NCBI GenBank assembly: GCA_002716745.1
Contig: PBBW01000005.1
Coordinates: forward strand, 48,927-90,842
Source: Gammaproteobacteria bacterium
GTDB taxonomy: Bacteria; Pseudomonadota; Gammaproteobacteria; Magnimaribacterales; TMED112
Direction of reading: 5' to 3'
Length of the DNA: 41,916 nucleotides
The position numbers were made by a program, and so were the translations under genes. Every line of letters starts with the position of its first letter. Position 1 is the first letter of the stretch. Shown here piece by piece: positions 25,440 to 35,283 of this stretch. The notes beneath the pieces were generated by a model that saw only the letters and a program-made list of their open reading frames with translations, had not been told where the DNA came from and did not search any database.

Positions 25440-26801
25440 CTATGTGTATTTTAATTCTAGATTGGGAAAAATTCTTTTGAGGTTTTTTTCAAATTCAATT
25501 TGTATTTTATTCAAGCTTTCCTTCGAGTTACCCTCAAACCTTAATACTAGCTTGGGAGATGTATTTGATGCTCTTATCAGACCCCAACAATCCTTATAAC
25601 TTACCCTCACACCATCAAGAAGATTGATATCAGCATTAGGAAAATCCATTTGCTCCGTAAACTGCTCAACAAAGAGAAATTTTTCTTCATCAAGAACATT
25701 TAAATTTAGTTCCTCAGTTGAAAAACTTTTTGGAAATTCAGCAATAATCTCATTTAGATCTTTATTATTTTGCGAGACAATACTAGAAATGACAGCTGCA
25801 GTATAAATAGCATCATCAAACCCATACCATTTATAATTTATAAAAATATGTCCAGACATTTCTCCCCCTAAAATGGCAGATGTTTCTTTGATAGTATTTT
25901 TTATATTGAAATGCCCTGTTTTTTCCATGATAGGTTTACCACCATGGCTCTTAATTAATTTAGGCAATTCATTTGAGCACTTAACGTCATAAACAACTGG
26001 CCCTTTTTTAAATTTTAAAAAATAAGAGCTCAAAAGCATTATGATGTGATCTGAGAGAACCTGGTTACCTGATCTTGTAATTAAGCCAACTCTATCGCCA
26101 TCACCATCAAATGCAAAACCAAGATCTGCTTTATTTTCCTCAATTGTACGTTTAAGCTGCACTAAATTTTTTTCTTTTCCTGGATCGGGATGATGATTGG
26201 GAAAATTTCCATCTGGCTCCTCATTAATAGAGATTATATCTATACCTATACCTTCAAAAACTTTACGAGCTAGAGGTCCTGAAGCTCCATTTCCAGCATC
26301 CAAGACAACTTTTAATGGCTTTTTTATAAGAATCTTTTCTTTTATTTCATTCAAATACTGATCTGTAAAATCATGACTAATAACTTTTCCATCTTTCTTT
26401 TTATTTTCTTTGAAGTTAACTACTTTATCTTTTATTTCTAGGCCTGAAACAGGATTACCTTTAATTACAATCTTCATCCCATTATCTTCTTTGGGATTAT
26501 GACTTCCTGTAATCATTACACCATGTTCACTCCCAGTAGCCTTAGTCGCATAGTACACCATAGGCGTTGGAACTAAGCCTAAGTCATGAACATCAACACC
26601 AATAGAAGTGATACCAACTATAAGATTTTTTTTAATTCTATCTTTTGAGAGCCTGCTATCATGACCAACATAAATAGATTGATCGCCCGCTTTAACAACA
26701 TAATTACCCAGAACAGAACCTATTTTTTGAACGACATTATCCGTTAAATCTTCATAAGCATTTCCTCTAATGTCGTATGCTCTAAAAATATTTTCGTTCA
26801 T
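25440..26801 (-). CDS. algC: Phosphomannomutase/phosphoglucomutase (AlgC-like)
   Basis: FRAYDIRG, TGSHNP, FDGDGDR, GEMSGH, RASNT. Confidence 0.9.
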   Translation of the reverse strand: MNENIFRAYDIRGNAYEDLTDNVVQKIGSVLGNYVVKAGDQSIYVGHDSRLSKDRIKKNLIVGITSIGVDVHDLGLVPTPMVYYATKATGSEHGVMITGSHNPKEDNGMKIVIKGNPVSGLEIKDKVVNFKENKKKDGKVISHDFTDQYLNEIKEKILIKKPLKVVLDAGNGASGPLARKVFEGIGIDIISINEEPDGNFPNHHPDPGKEKNLVQLKRTIEENKADLGFAFDGDGDRVGLITRSGNQVLSDHIIMLLSSYFLKFKKGPVVYDVKCSNELPKLIKSHGGKPIMEKTGHFNIKNTIKETSAILGGEMSGHIFINYKWYGFDDAIYTAAVISSIVSQNNKDLNEIIAEFPKSFSTEELNLNVLDEEKFLFVEQFTEQMDFPNADINLLDGVRVSYKDCWGLIRASNTSPKLVLRFEGNSKESLNKIQIEFEKNLKRIFPNLELKYT

Positions 26802-26841
26802 TTGGTTTCCAAAATCGGTTACAAGTAATTATACTACCTCT

Positions 26842-27750
26842 ATGTCAGATACGTATTGGGTTGACGGCAAATATCTTAAAAAGGAAGATGTTTCTATAAG
26901 CCCACTAACACACACTTTTCACTATGGCCTTGGAGTTTTTGAGGGAGTCAGATCTTATGGAGCTGAAGATGGAAGTGTAAATATCTTCAGACTAGATGAG
27001 CACACAAATAGACTTCTTGAATCTGCAAAAATAACTGGCATCGATATTAACTTTTCATATGATGAAATTTTTGATGCTCAGATACAGGTTGTAAAAAAAT
27101 CGAATCTACAAAATGCTTACATAAGACCCTTGCTTTATCTTGGTAGTGAGCGCTTAGGCTTAGATATTGATGGAATAGATTCTCATGCAATGGTAACTTG
27201 TTGGGAGTGGCCAGCCTATTTTGGTGAAGATGCACTGGAAAAGGGAATCGATGTAATGGTATCTTCATTTACAAGACAATTTCCAAATAGTTTAATGACA
27301 AAATCTAAGATTAGTGGTGGATACGTTAATGGAATAATGGCTCATGACCAAGCAAAGAAAAATGGATATCAAGAGGCGGTACTTCTCGATACTAATGGAT
27401 TTGTTGCAGAGGGAAGCGGACAAAATATTTTTGTAGTAAAAGATGGATCTTTAATTACACCCTCATTAAATTGTTGCCTAAATGGGATTACAAGGAGGTC
27501 GGTTTTAAAGTTTGCGGAAGATGAAAATATTGATGTAATTGAGCGAAATATTACCCGAGATGAATTATATACTGCAGATGAATTATTTTTTTGCGGAACA
27601 GCAGTTGAGATAACCCCAATCAGATCAGTTGATAAAAAACTTATTTGTAATGGAAATAGGGGTGAAATAACAAATTTAATACAATCATTGTACCTTGATA
27701 CTGTTCAAGGCAAATCTAAAAAATATCAAGATTGGCTCACTAGAGTTTAA
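26842..27750 (+). CDS. ilvE: Branched-chain amino acid aminotransferase
   Basis: HYGLGVFEGVR, YIRP, K.SG.Y, EGSGQN, GITR, GTAVEITP. ATG 26842 preferred because it avoids overlap with algC. Confidence 0.95.
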   Translation: MSDTYWVDGKYLKKEDVSISPLTHTFHYGLGVFEGVRSYGAEDGSVNIFRLDEHTNRLLESAKITGIDINFSYDEIFDAQIQVVKKSNLQNAYIRPLLYLGSERLGLDIDGIDSHAMVTCWEWPAYFGEDALEKGIDVMVSSFTRQFPNSLMTKSKISGGYVNGIMAHDQAKKNGYQEAVLLDTNGFVAEGSGQNIFVVKDGSLITPSLNCCLNGITRRSVLKFAEDENIDVIERNITRDELYTADELFFCGTAVEITPIRSVDKKLICNGNRGEITNLIQSLYLDTVQGKSKKYQDWLTRV

Positions 27751-28982
27751 TGAAAAAACTCAAAATTGCTTTCTTAAGCTATAGGAGTGATCCATTTTCT
27801 GGAGGCCAAGGGATCTATTTAAAAAATGTCTGTGAGTCTTTAGCTGATTACGGACACGAAATTACAATCTATTCAGGAAGCCCTTTACCAATTGTCTCCA
27901 GTAAAATTTCAATTGTTGAGGTTGAAACTCCAAAATATTTTGAGACGTTTAGTTTTTCTAAAAGAATTAAAATTTTTAAAAATCAACCAAAAAGTCCTTT
28001 GGAATTCCAAGATTTTTTTGAAACAATTACTGGAACCTTTTCCGAACCAATGTTTTTTGGACAACGATTACAAAGGAATAATCACTTTAAGGCAAATGAA
28101 AAGAAATATGACGTTTTTCATGATAATCAATCTCTTGGCATATATCCGGGCACTATTAAAAGCAGATTAGTTACTACCCTTCATCATCCAATCCAAATAG
28201 ATAGAAGTATTGATCTAATGAATGAGAAGTCGGTACTTAAGAGAATATCGATCAATCGCTGGTATTCATTTCTTAATTATCAAGAAGCAAATGTGTTCTC
28301 ATCACGTCTTGTTATAACCCCATCTAATAATTCGAAGAATGATATAACTAAGTTTTTTAAATATCCTTCAAATCAAATTGAGGTTTTATGGAATGGGATT
28401 AATCTTGACGATTTTCAATTTAGAAAGAAAAAAGATTTTGGTAAGAAACTTGTGACAATAATAAGTTCAGATGTTCCTATGAAAAATTTAAAAAATATTT
28501 TAATTGGCTTTTCAATTGCACTTAAAAATGATGAAGGCCTTACTCTGACAATAGTTGGTGATGTTAGAGAGGAAAATTTGAAATTAATAAAAAGTCTTGG
28601 CTTAGATGATTTTGTAATTATCCATCAAAAACTAACTAAGAAAAAATTAATTGAGATCTTATCGGCATGCGATATTGGCATAAGTGGTTCTTTATATGAA
28701 GGGTTTGGTTTTCCACTCATTGAAATGATTGCTATTGGTTTACCAATACTGGCTTCAAATAAGGGGTCTCTTCCAGAAATTATGGGAGATGCAGGAATCA
28801 CTTTTAACCCATATGATCCAAATGAATTATCAGATTCTATTCAGAAATTAGTTAATAATGATGAAATGCAAAATAAAATTTCAAGTAATTGCCAAATTCG
28901 AAGGGATGATTTTTTTGGTTGGGACGAGTATGCTAAAAAGCTTGAATTCTTCTACCAAAAAATAATTGATGGACACATTTAA
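27750..28982 (+). CDS. GT4 glycosyltransferase resembling mycobacterial MMP mannosyltransferase ManT
   Basis: IAFLSYRS...GGQG.Y, FHDNQSLG, TLHHPI..DR, RWY.F, SSDVPMK, YEGFGFP.IE. Confidence 0.8.
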   Translation: MKKLKIAFLSYRSDPFSGGQGIYLKNVCESLADYGHEITIYSGSPLPIVSSKISIVEVETPKYFETFSFSKRIKIFKNQPKSPLEFQDFFETITGTFSEPMFFGQRLQRNNHFKANEKKYDVFHDNQSLGIYPGTIKSRLVTTLHHPIQIDRSIDLMNEKSVLKRISINRWYSFLNYQEANVFSSRLVITPSNNSKNDITKFFKYPSNQIEVLWNGINLDDFQFRKKKDFGKKLVTIISSDVPMKNLKNILIGFSIALKNDEGLTLTIVGDVREENLKLIKSLGLDDFVIIHQKLTKKKLIEILSACDIGISGSLYEGFGFPLIEMIAIGLPILASNKGSLPEIMGDAGITFNPYDPNELSDSIQKLVNNDEMQNKISSNCQIRRDDFFGWDEYAKKLEFFYQKIIDGHI

Positions 28983-29664
28983 TTTTAATTCTATAAACCT
29001 TAAAAAAATTAAATCATTTGCTGATATAGGTTGTGGAAACGGAAGACACTTAAAATCACTTGGTTTTAAGCTTCAAATGTGCCGTATGACTGGAGTCGAT
29101 CATTCTTCAAGTGAAATCATGCAGTTGAGATCAGAATTTCAGAATTATATTTGTAAAAATCAAAATTCATATGAGTTTATTGACGAAGATATAAGAAAAC
29201 TTTCAATAGATAGCTCATCACAAGATTTGGTAATTTGTTCGGAAGTTTTAGAACATGTTCCAAATTTTGAAATGGTTCTTAAAGAGTGTGTACGAATCTT
29301 GAAACCAAACGGAGTTTTACTAATAAGTGTGCCCAGCTATCTCCCTGAAAAGTTTTGTTGGCTTTTCTCAAAAGAATATCAACAAACACCTGGAGGACAC
29401 ATAAGGATTTTTAAGAAAAATTTCCTCAGGGAGGTCTTTAAAAGACAAGGCTTAAAAATATTTAAGGCACATAGGCAGCATGCTTTTCATTCTTTTTATT
29501 GGATAATGAGATCTAAAAATAAAATGAAAGATTCTAAATTTTTGCAATCATTTCATGAGCTCCTCGTTAAACAGATGTTCGGTAAAGCTAAGATTAGTGA
29601 AAGGTTTGAAAAGGTGATTAATCCATTATTTGGAAAGAGTGAGTGCTTCTATTTACATAAATGA
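28969..29664 (+). CDS. Class I SAM-dependent methyltransferase (OrfD-like candidate 3-O-methyltransferase)
   Basis: DIGCGNGRH, SEVLEHVP, SVP..LPEKFCW..S.EY...PGGHIRI, HAFHS.YW, GKS...YL.K. Confidence 0.8.
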   Translation: MDTFNFNSINLKKIKSFADIGCGNGRHLKSLGFKLQMCRMTGVDHSSSEIMQLRSEFQNYICKNQNSYEFIDEDIRKLSIDSSSQDLVICSEVLEHVPNFEMVLKECVRILKPNGVLLISVPSYLPEKFCWLFSKEYQQTPGGHIRIFKKNFLREVFKRQGLKIFKAHRQHAFHSFYWIMRSKNKMKDSKFLQSFHELLVKQMFGKAKISERFEKVINPLFGKSECFYLHK

Positions 29665-30635
29665 ACAAAAGAGAATTTATAGAGAATATATCTTGGATAA
29701 AAAGAAATCAGAATGCTGATGGTTCCATACAGTGGGATGAGAAGGGTAAGTGTGATCCCTGGGATCACATTGAATGTCTGATTGCTTTGGCAATTTATAA
29801 TGAAAATGAATCTTTTTTGGCAGGCATTGAATGGGTCAGAAATAATCTAAATGAAGAATTCATGGTTGCACCAGTTTTTCATAGACAAAAAGCTAGTGAA
29901 GATCATTTTGAGTACCATCATGCTCCTTATTTTGCAGTAGCATTGCTTCAGTATTACTACAGCTCCAATAACAAGAAAGTTTTACATGATAACTTAGAGA
30001 TACTTAGAGGAATAGTATTAAAAACTCTTGCTGCACGTGATGAATATGGATATTTTTACTGGGCAAAGGATGAGAATGGCTTTAATGATAATTCCTTAAT
30101 TACAGCAACTAGTTCAATTTTTTTGTCACTGAAGTGTGTCTCTGCTATCTATAAAATTTTGGGGATAAGGTCATTAAAACTGGAAAATGAGATTGCTTCT
30201 ATAAAACAAACTTTTGATTTGAAATCAAAAAGATTTAATAGGGACAATATTGATAGATCTAGGTTTTCAATGGATTGTTATTACCCTTATTTAAGTGGTT
30301 TAATCATGGATGCAGGTTTAAATAGAAATCTAGAGAAATTCTATGTGAAAGATCTTGGAATAAAATGTGTCATCGAAGAGCCTTGGGTGACAATTGCTGA
30401 GAGCTCAGAAGCTATAATCGCATTATTACGTTCTGGAGATAAAGCTTTTGCTCATAAGATTTTCGAGAATATTTTGAAATTAAGAGGAACTGATGGGCTA
30501 TTTCCAACTGGTTATCAATACGAACAGAAAATTTTTTGGCCAGATGAAAAATCTACCTGGACAAATGCTGCTGTTGTAATAGCCGCAGATGCTCTTTTTG
30601 ATCTAACAAGCAAAAATAAAGCTATTCTTGTTTAA
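29661..30635 (+). CDS. (alpha/alpha)-barrel 'prenyltransferase-like' protein resembling MMP hydrolase MmpH
   Basis: Q..DGSI.W...DPWDHIE, RFSMD.YYP.L.G, PWVT.AE..E, TGYQY...WP.E..TWT.AAV..AADAL. Confidence 0.72.
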   Translation: MNKREFIENISWIKRNQNADGSIQWDEKGKCDPWDHIECLIALAIYNENESFLAGIEWVRNNLNEEFMVAPVFHRQKASEDHFEYHHAPYFAVALLQYYYSSNNKKVLHDNLEILRGIVLKTLAARDEYGYFYWAKDENGFNDNSLITATSSIFLSLKCVSAIYKILGIRSLKLENEIASIKQTFDLKSKRFNRDNIDRSRFSMDCYYPYLSGLIMDAGLNRNLEKFYVKDLGIKCVIEEPWVTIAESSEAIIALLRSGDKAFAHKIFENILKLRGTDGLFPTGYQYEQKIFWPDEKSTWTNAAVVIAADALFDLTSKNKAILV

Positions 30636-31230
30636 TTAGTGCGACAAGGCTTTTCTCTCTCTTTACTAACTTAAAACCTTTCTTTAGCGCTTTCTCCATT
30701 ATGGCCTTCGGTGCTTGCCCCCCTTCTTCAATAGAATCGTATATATCATGAATGGCCATTATTCCGCCTTTTTTAATTTTTTTATTCCAGAAATTAAAAT
30801 CATCTTCTGCAGATTCAAATGTATGACTTCCATCAATGAATAATAATGAAATATCATCTTTAAGAATCTTTGAGGCTGTTTTAGAACTCGTCACCATAGG
30901 TATGACAAAATCATCAAGATCGTTATCAGTCAGATTTTTAATGAATGAAGGGAAAGTGTTGATTCGTCCTAAAACATGATCATATTCTTCTGAATCATGG
31001 TAAAGCTCTCCAAGCTGATGTTCTTCAGAGCCCTTATGATGATCAATTGAAATAAAGGTAGCAGATACTTCTTTTGCAGCTGCAGCCAAATAGCAAGTTG
31101 ATTTTCCACAATACGATCCGATCTCCACTGTGACTCCATCTTTTGAATATTCTTTTACAAGTTGAAATAAAAAATTCCCCTCCTCAATGTCAAGAAAACC
31201 TTTTACGTGCTGATAATTTTTTCTACTCAT
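30622..31230 (-). CDS. Methyltransf_24 class I SAM methyltransferase resembling MMP 1-O-methyltransferase MeT1
   Basis: KGF...EG, VEIGSYCGKST, IDHHKGSEEHQ.G..YHD, LFIDGSH, IHDI......GGQAP. ATG 31230 overlaps the lpxL stop. Confidence 0.85.
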   Translation of the reverse strand: MSRKNYQHVKGFLDIEEGNFLFQLVKEYSKDGVTVEIGSYCGKSTCYLAAAAKEVSATFISIDHHKGSEEHQLGELYHDSEEYDHVLGRINTFPSFIKNLTDNDLDDFVIPMVTSSKTASKILKDDISLLFIDGSHTFESAEDDFNFWNKKIKKGGIMAIHDIYDSIEEGGQAPKAIMEKALKKGFKLVKREKSLVALIKQE

Positions 31231-32086
31231 AAATTTCAGGGTACTGTGATTTGAATCTTCGATGATGCCACAAATATTGCTCAGGTGCCTTTGAAATACT
31301 GTTTTCAATTTCAATGTTAAGATTTTCTGCAAATTTTTTCTCTGAATCTGATTCATTATTAAAATCCTTTATTACAGCTCTGAAACCACCACTAACTCTG
31401 AAGAAGTCAAAATAAACAACATTACATCCAGATATTTTCTTTAATTTTGCTGGGACCGTAGTTGTTAAACACCTCTTCCCATAAAAGCTTGAAATAATGG
31501 AATGTTTATTTCTATAGTCTTGGTCTGGTCCATACATCACAATCTTCCCATCCTTCAATATTTTTAGACATTGTTTTATATCAGAGTTAGAAATGATCCC
31601 TTTCAGAGACTTTGTTCTACCTTTCATTTGAATCATTTGAATTAGGGCATTATTATTCGGTCTTTCTAAGCCGTACATACCAAATTTAGTTGCTAAGATT
31701 CTAGCAGAGAGCTCAAGATAAAGTGTATGTCTAAATAAGACTAAAGCTCCCTTATTTGAACTCTGAAATTTATCCAAAATCTCTAACCCGATAAATTCAA
31801 TATTTAGTTTGCTTATCTGCTCATTGCTGGCATTCCAAGCAAAATTATTTTCATATAGAGCTCTATATGTTTCATTCCATATGTTTGTCTTCAACAATGA
31901 CTTTTCAGAATCAGTTAGATTAATAAAACAGTGATCAATATTGGCATTTATAATTCGCCTCCTTCTTTTAAGAAACATGCTCAAAAATCTCCACATATGA
32001 GAGTCATTGCCTTTAAACCAGCGCCTTGGCAAAATACAAATAAATTTTGTGAAAATAAGTATTAATGGGAGAATAATATTATTCAT
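31223..32086 (-). CDS. lpxL: Lipid A late acyltransferase (LpxL/HtrB family)
   Basis: RR.I...NI..CF, H....E, PDQDY, PEQYLWHHRRFK. Confidence 0.85.
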   Translation of the reverse strand: MNNIILPLILIFTKFICILPRRWFKGNDSHMWRFLSMFLKRRRRIINANIDHCFINLTDSEKSLLKTNIWNETYRALYENNFAWNASNEQISKLNIEFIGLEILDKFQSSNKGALVLFRHTLYLELSARILATKFGMYGLERPNNNALIQMIQMKGRTKSLKGIISNSDIKQCLKILKDGKIVMYGPDQDYRNKHSIISSFYGKRCLTTTVPAKLKKISGCNVVYFDFFRVSGGFRAVIKDFNNESDSEKKFAENLNIEIENSISKAPEQYLWHHRRFKSQYPEIYE

Positions 32087-32088
32087 AA

Positions 32089-33315
32089 ATGTTTATTGTA
32101 TATAACTTAATTTATATTTTTGTCCTGCCACTATTAATTCTAAAAGATTTCTTTAGAAAAGATCATGGAGGCATTAGATTGATTTCAAAAAGATTTGGTC
32201 TTGGGCTATCAGAGCAAAAGCATACACACATTTGGCTTCATGGCGTAAGTTTAGGAGAAATTAAAACACTAATTCCAGTAGCTAATTCTTTTTTACAAAA
32301 AAATGAAAGAATTCTTTTATCTTCTACAACAAATACGGGAATCTCTAAGATAAATAAATTATTTGGTGAAAACCCAAATGTTGAAATAATACCATTTCCA
32401 TACGACTTTCAATCAATTCATAACAAAATAATTAAGAGTTTTCGTGTTAAAAAGATAATTCTTTTTGAAAGTGAGTTTTGGCCAAACCTATTATCTCAAA
32501 AGAATGATGAAGTAAAAATTGTATCGTTTAATACAATTATTTCTGATAACACTTTTTCGAGATATAAATTTTTTAAATCATTCATAAAAGAGGCACTAAG
32601 TACTATAGATATGTTTTTTGTACAGTCACTAGATGCTGCGTCTAAACTTAAAAATTTTGGGTTATCCAATGTAAAAGTTTTAGGAAATATTAAGATATAC
32701 AAAGAAACCTATGAGGCAAATCAAAGTGATTACCAAAGAATAAAAAACAAAATTAGTGATTGCTCAAAATGTATATTTACTGCAGGTAGCACACATAACA
32801 ATGAAGAAGAATTTATTATTTCTAGTTTACCGGAAAATAATGAGCTCCTTCTATTTATTGCTCCTAGGCATCCGGAAAGATTCATCAGTGTAGAGAGACT
32901 TTTAGAAAAACAAAAGTTTAAGTGGTCAAAATTCTCAGAAATTGAAAAGGTTACTGATGAAAAAATAATTCTCTTTGATGAAGTAGGGACATTATTTGAG
33001 TTATACATGAATTCAAATTTTGCTGTTGTTGGAGGGAGTATAAAATATAAGAAGGGACATAACTTTTTAGAGCCAATATTTGCTGGAACATCAGTAATAA
33101 CAGGAGCAAATCTTGAAAACTACTTAGAAATAAAATCACTATTTTGTGATACTGGAGTTATTGAAACATTTACGTCTGAATCTGAGTTGAGAGGGCTAGT
33201 AAATTTATATATTGATCAGAAAGTCAGAGAAAGGCGACTAATAGTACAGAAAACAGAAATTGATAAATTTGGAGGCAAATATAAACAGATCATCCAGGAA
33301 TTACATGAAATATAA
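32089..33315 (+). CDS. waaA: Kdo transferase
   Basis: IWLHGVSLGE, ESEFWPN, GNIK, GSTH..EE, APRHPERF, VGGS....GHNFLEP. Confidence 0.93.
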   Translation: MFIVYNLIYIFVLPLLILKDFFRKDHGGIRLISKRFGLGLSEQKHTHIWLHGVSLGEIKTLIPVANSFLQKNERILLSSTTNTGISKINKLFGENPNVEIIPFPYDFQSIHNKIIKSFRVKKIILFESEFWPNLLSQKNDEVKIVSFNTIISDNTFSRYKFFKSFIKEALSTIDMFFVQSLDAASKLKNFGLSNVKVLGNIKIYKETYEANQSDYQRIKNKISDCSKCIFTAGSTHNNEEEFIISSLPENNELLLFIAPRHPERFISVERLLEKQKFKWSKFSEIEKVTDEKIILFDEVGTLFELYMNSNFAVVGGSIKYKKGHNFLEPIFAGTSVITGANLENYLEIKSLFCDTGVIETFTSESELRGLVNLYIDQKVRERRLIVQKTEIDKFGGKYKQIIQELHEI

Positions 33316-34255
33316 ATATAATATTCCTGCAGTTTTTATCCTTGGACCAACAGCTTGCGGTAAAACAGAAATCTCTTTGGAACTAATTGATTCATTCCCA
33401 TTTGAAATTGTCAGTGTTGATTCGGCAATGGTTTACAAAGATATGAATATCGGCACTTGCAAGCCTTCTAACGAAATTCTTAAATCTAAAAAGCATCACC
33501 TTGTGGATCTGATAACACCAAAACAAAATTTTGATTTAGGGGTATTTCTAAAAAATTTAGATCATTCTATTGAAGAGATTTTGTCACATGATTGTGTTCC
33601 TCTTTTTGTTGGCGGATCAATGATGTATCATCACATTCTTCTAAATGGATTCCATGATTTTCCATCTGAACCCAATATTAAACAAAGAATTCAAAATGAT
33701 TACGATCAAAATGGCATTACTTCATTGCAAAAAAAGCTTAGTTCTCTTGATTCTGAACTCTTCACTCAGATCGATATATCAAATTACAGACGAGTTATAA
33801 GAGCTCTAGAGATTATTGAGATAACTGGTGAAAAGCTTTCGGTACTTAAGGAAAAACAAAAGACCATGTTCTTCAATCAAAAAAAATGCTTAACACTTTC
33901 TTTAAATACCAATAAAGAAACATTGATTGAACATGCAGCAAATCGCTTGGATAAGTTAATAGAAAAAGGTTTTATAGATGAATTTAAAGAAATAATTTGT
34001 AAATATGAACTTGAAGAAGAAGATCAAAGTATGCAATCAATAAATTACAGACAATACTTTAATCATGTTCGGGGTAAGAAATCATCTCAAGAATCGTATA
34101 CAGAAGCAATGATCGCAACTAAATTGCTTATTAAATCACAACAAACATGGTTGAAAAAAATCAATGCAGACACATCTATTGACAGTACAAATATAAATTT
34201 GAAGAAAGAAATTTCTGATACAATAAGCAATTATCAAAGGAGAATAATGCGATGA
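33305..34255 (+). CDS. miaA: tRNA dimethylallyltransferase
   Basis: GPTACGKT, SVDSAMVYKDMNIGT.KP, VGGSMMY, RALE, Q.TW. Confidence 0.93.
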   Translation: MKYKYNIPAVFILGPTACGKTEISLELIDSFPFEIVSVDSAMVYKDMNIGTCKPSNEILKSKKHHLVDLITPKQNFDLGVFLKNLDHSIEEILSHDCVPLFVGGSMMYHHILLNGFHDFPSEPNIKQRIQNDYDQNGITSLQKKLSSLDSELFTQIDISNYRRVIRALEIIEITGEKLSVLKEKQKTMFFNQKKCLTLSLNTNKETLIEHAANRLDKLIEKGFIDEFKEIICKYELEEEDQSMQSINYRQYFNHVRGKKSSQESYTEAMIATKLLIKSQQTWLKKINADTSIDSTNINLKKEISDTISNYQRRIMR

Positions 34256-35283
34256 GTTGGAATCCAAATGAAAAAGATCCTTGGGGAAGAAAAAACAACA
34301 ACCCACCAGATCTAGATGACGCAATTGAACAATTAAGAAAAATGTTTTTTTCTGGTAATTCTGGAAAAAGCTCTGGAGGGGGAGGCAGTCCTTTCAAATT
34401 CGGATTTAAATTCTTTTCCTATCTCCTTTTAGGAGCAGTTACACTCTATTTATTTCTTGGTGTAAGAATTGTCAACGAGGCTGATAGAGAGGTTGTATTT
34501 ACACTAGGTAAATATAATAGAGTTCTTGGTCCAGGGTTGCAGTTTCATTTTCCAGTGGTTGAAGAAATATATGCGTCAGAAAATATTTCTAAAATAAGAA
34601 CATTTGTATTGCCCACAAATATGCTTACAAAGGATGAAAATATTGTTGATGTTGAGTTGAATGTTCAATACACAATTAGTGATTTAATGAATTACTCACT
34701 TAATGTTGAAGATCCTGAAATCACAATAAGACAAGCTGCTGAGAGTGCTTTAAGACATGTTGTAGGAGAAAACTTAATGGATGATCTTCTAACATCTGGC
34801 GCTGCAGCAATTAGTTCTGGAATTTTACTCAGGCTTGATGAATATTTGGCAATTTACGACGCTGGTATATCAGTCCAACAGGTCAACATTGAACAAAGAC
34901 AACCGCCTGCAGAAGTAATAGATTCATTCAGGGATGTTGTGGCAGCAAGAGAGGATAAAGAAACTCTAAGAAACGAGGCACAAAAATATGCACTTTCAAT
35001 AGTGCCAGTGGCAAGAGGTGATGCACAAAGACAATTACAGGATGCCGAAGGCTACAAGCAAAAGGTGATAGCAATTGCTGAGGGTGAATCTCAAAGATTT
35101 GAAGCGCTTTTGACAGAATATCAAAAGGCTCCTGAAGTCACCAGAGAAAGATTATATCTGGATGCTTTGGAAGAGGTCTATTCCTCAAGCACTAAGGTAA
35201 TGATTGATGTAGAGGGCGGCAATAATCTTTTGTATTTACCAATAGACCAAATAATGAAAAAAGCGGAGGAAGATGATGAATAA
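34252..35283 (+). CDS. hflK: FtsH modulator HflK
   Basis: MSWN...DPWG...PPDLD, MLTKDENIVDV, APEVTRERLYLD. Confidence 0.95.
   Translation: MSWNPNEKDPWGRKNNNPPDLDDAIEQLRKMFFSGNSGKSSGGGGSPFKFGFKFFSYLLLGAVTLYLFLGVRIVNEADREVVFTLGKYNRVLGPGLQFHFPVVEEIYASENISKIRTFVLPTNMLTKDENIVDVELNVQYTISDLMNYSLNVEDPEITIRQAAESALRHVVGENLMDDLLTSGAAAISSGILLRLDEYLAIYDAGISVQQVNIEQRQPPAEVIDSFRDVVAAREDKETLRNEAQKYALSIVPVARGDAQRQLQDAEGYKQKVIAIAEGESQRFEALLTEYQKAPEVTRERLYLDALEEVYSSSTKVMIDVEGGNNLLYLPIDQIMKKAEEDDE

Noticed and set aside
26770-26841. N-terminal extension of ilvE
   Set aside because: It overlaps the divergent algC start; ATG 26842 fits the family length.
29661-30635. Terpene cyclase or true prenyltransferase (hopanoid-type) interpretation
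   Set aside because: No DxDD motif, too short for a squalene-hopene cyclase, and the context fits a glycan-processing alpha/alpha barrel.
31231-31356. 42-aa N-terminal extension of the MeT1-like ORF
   Set aside because: It lies inside lpxL; family similarity starts after ATG 31230.
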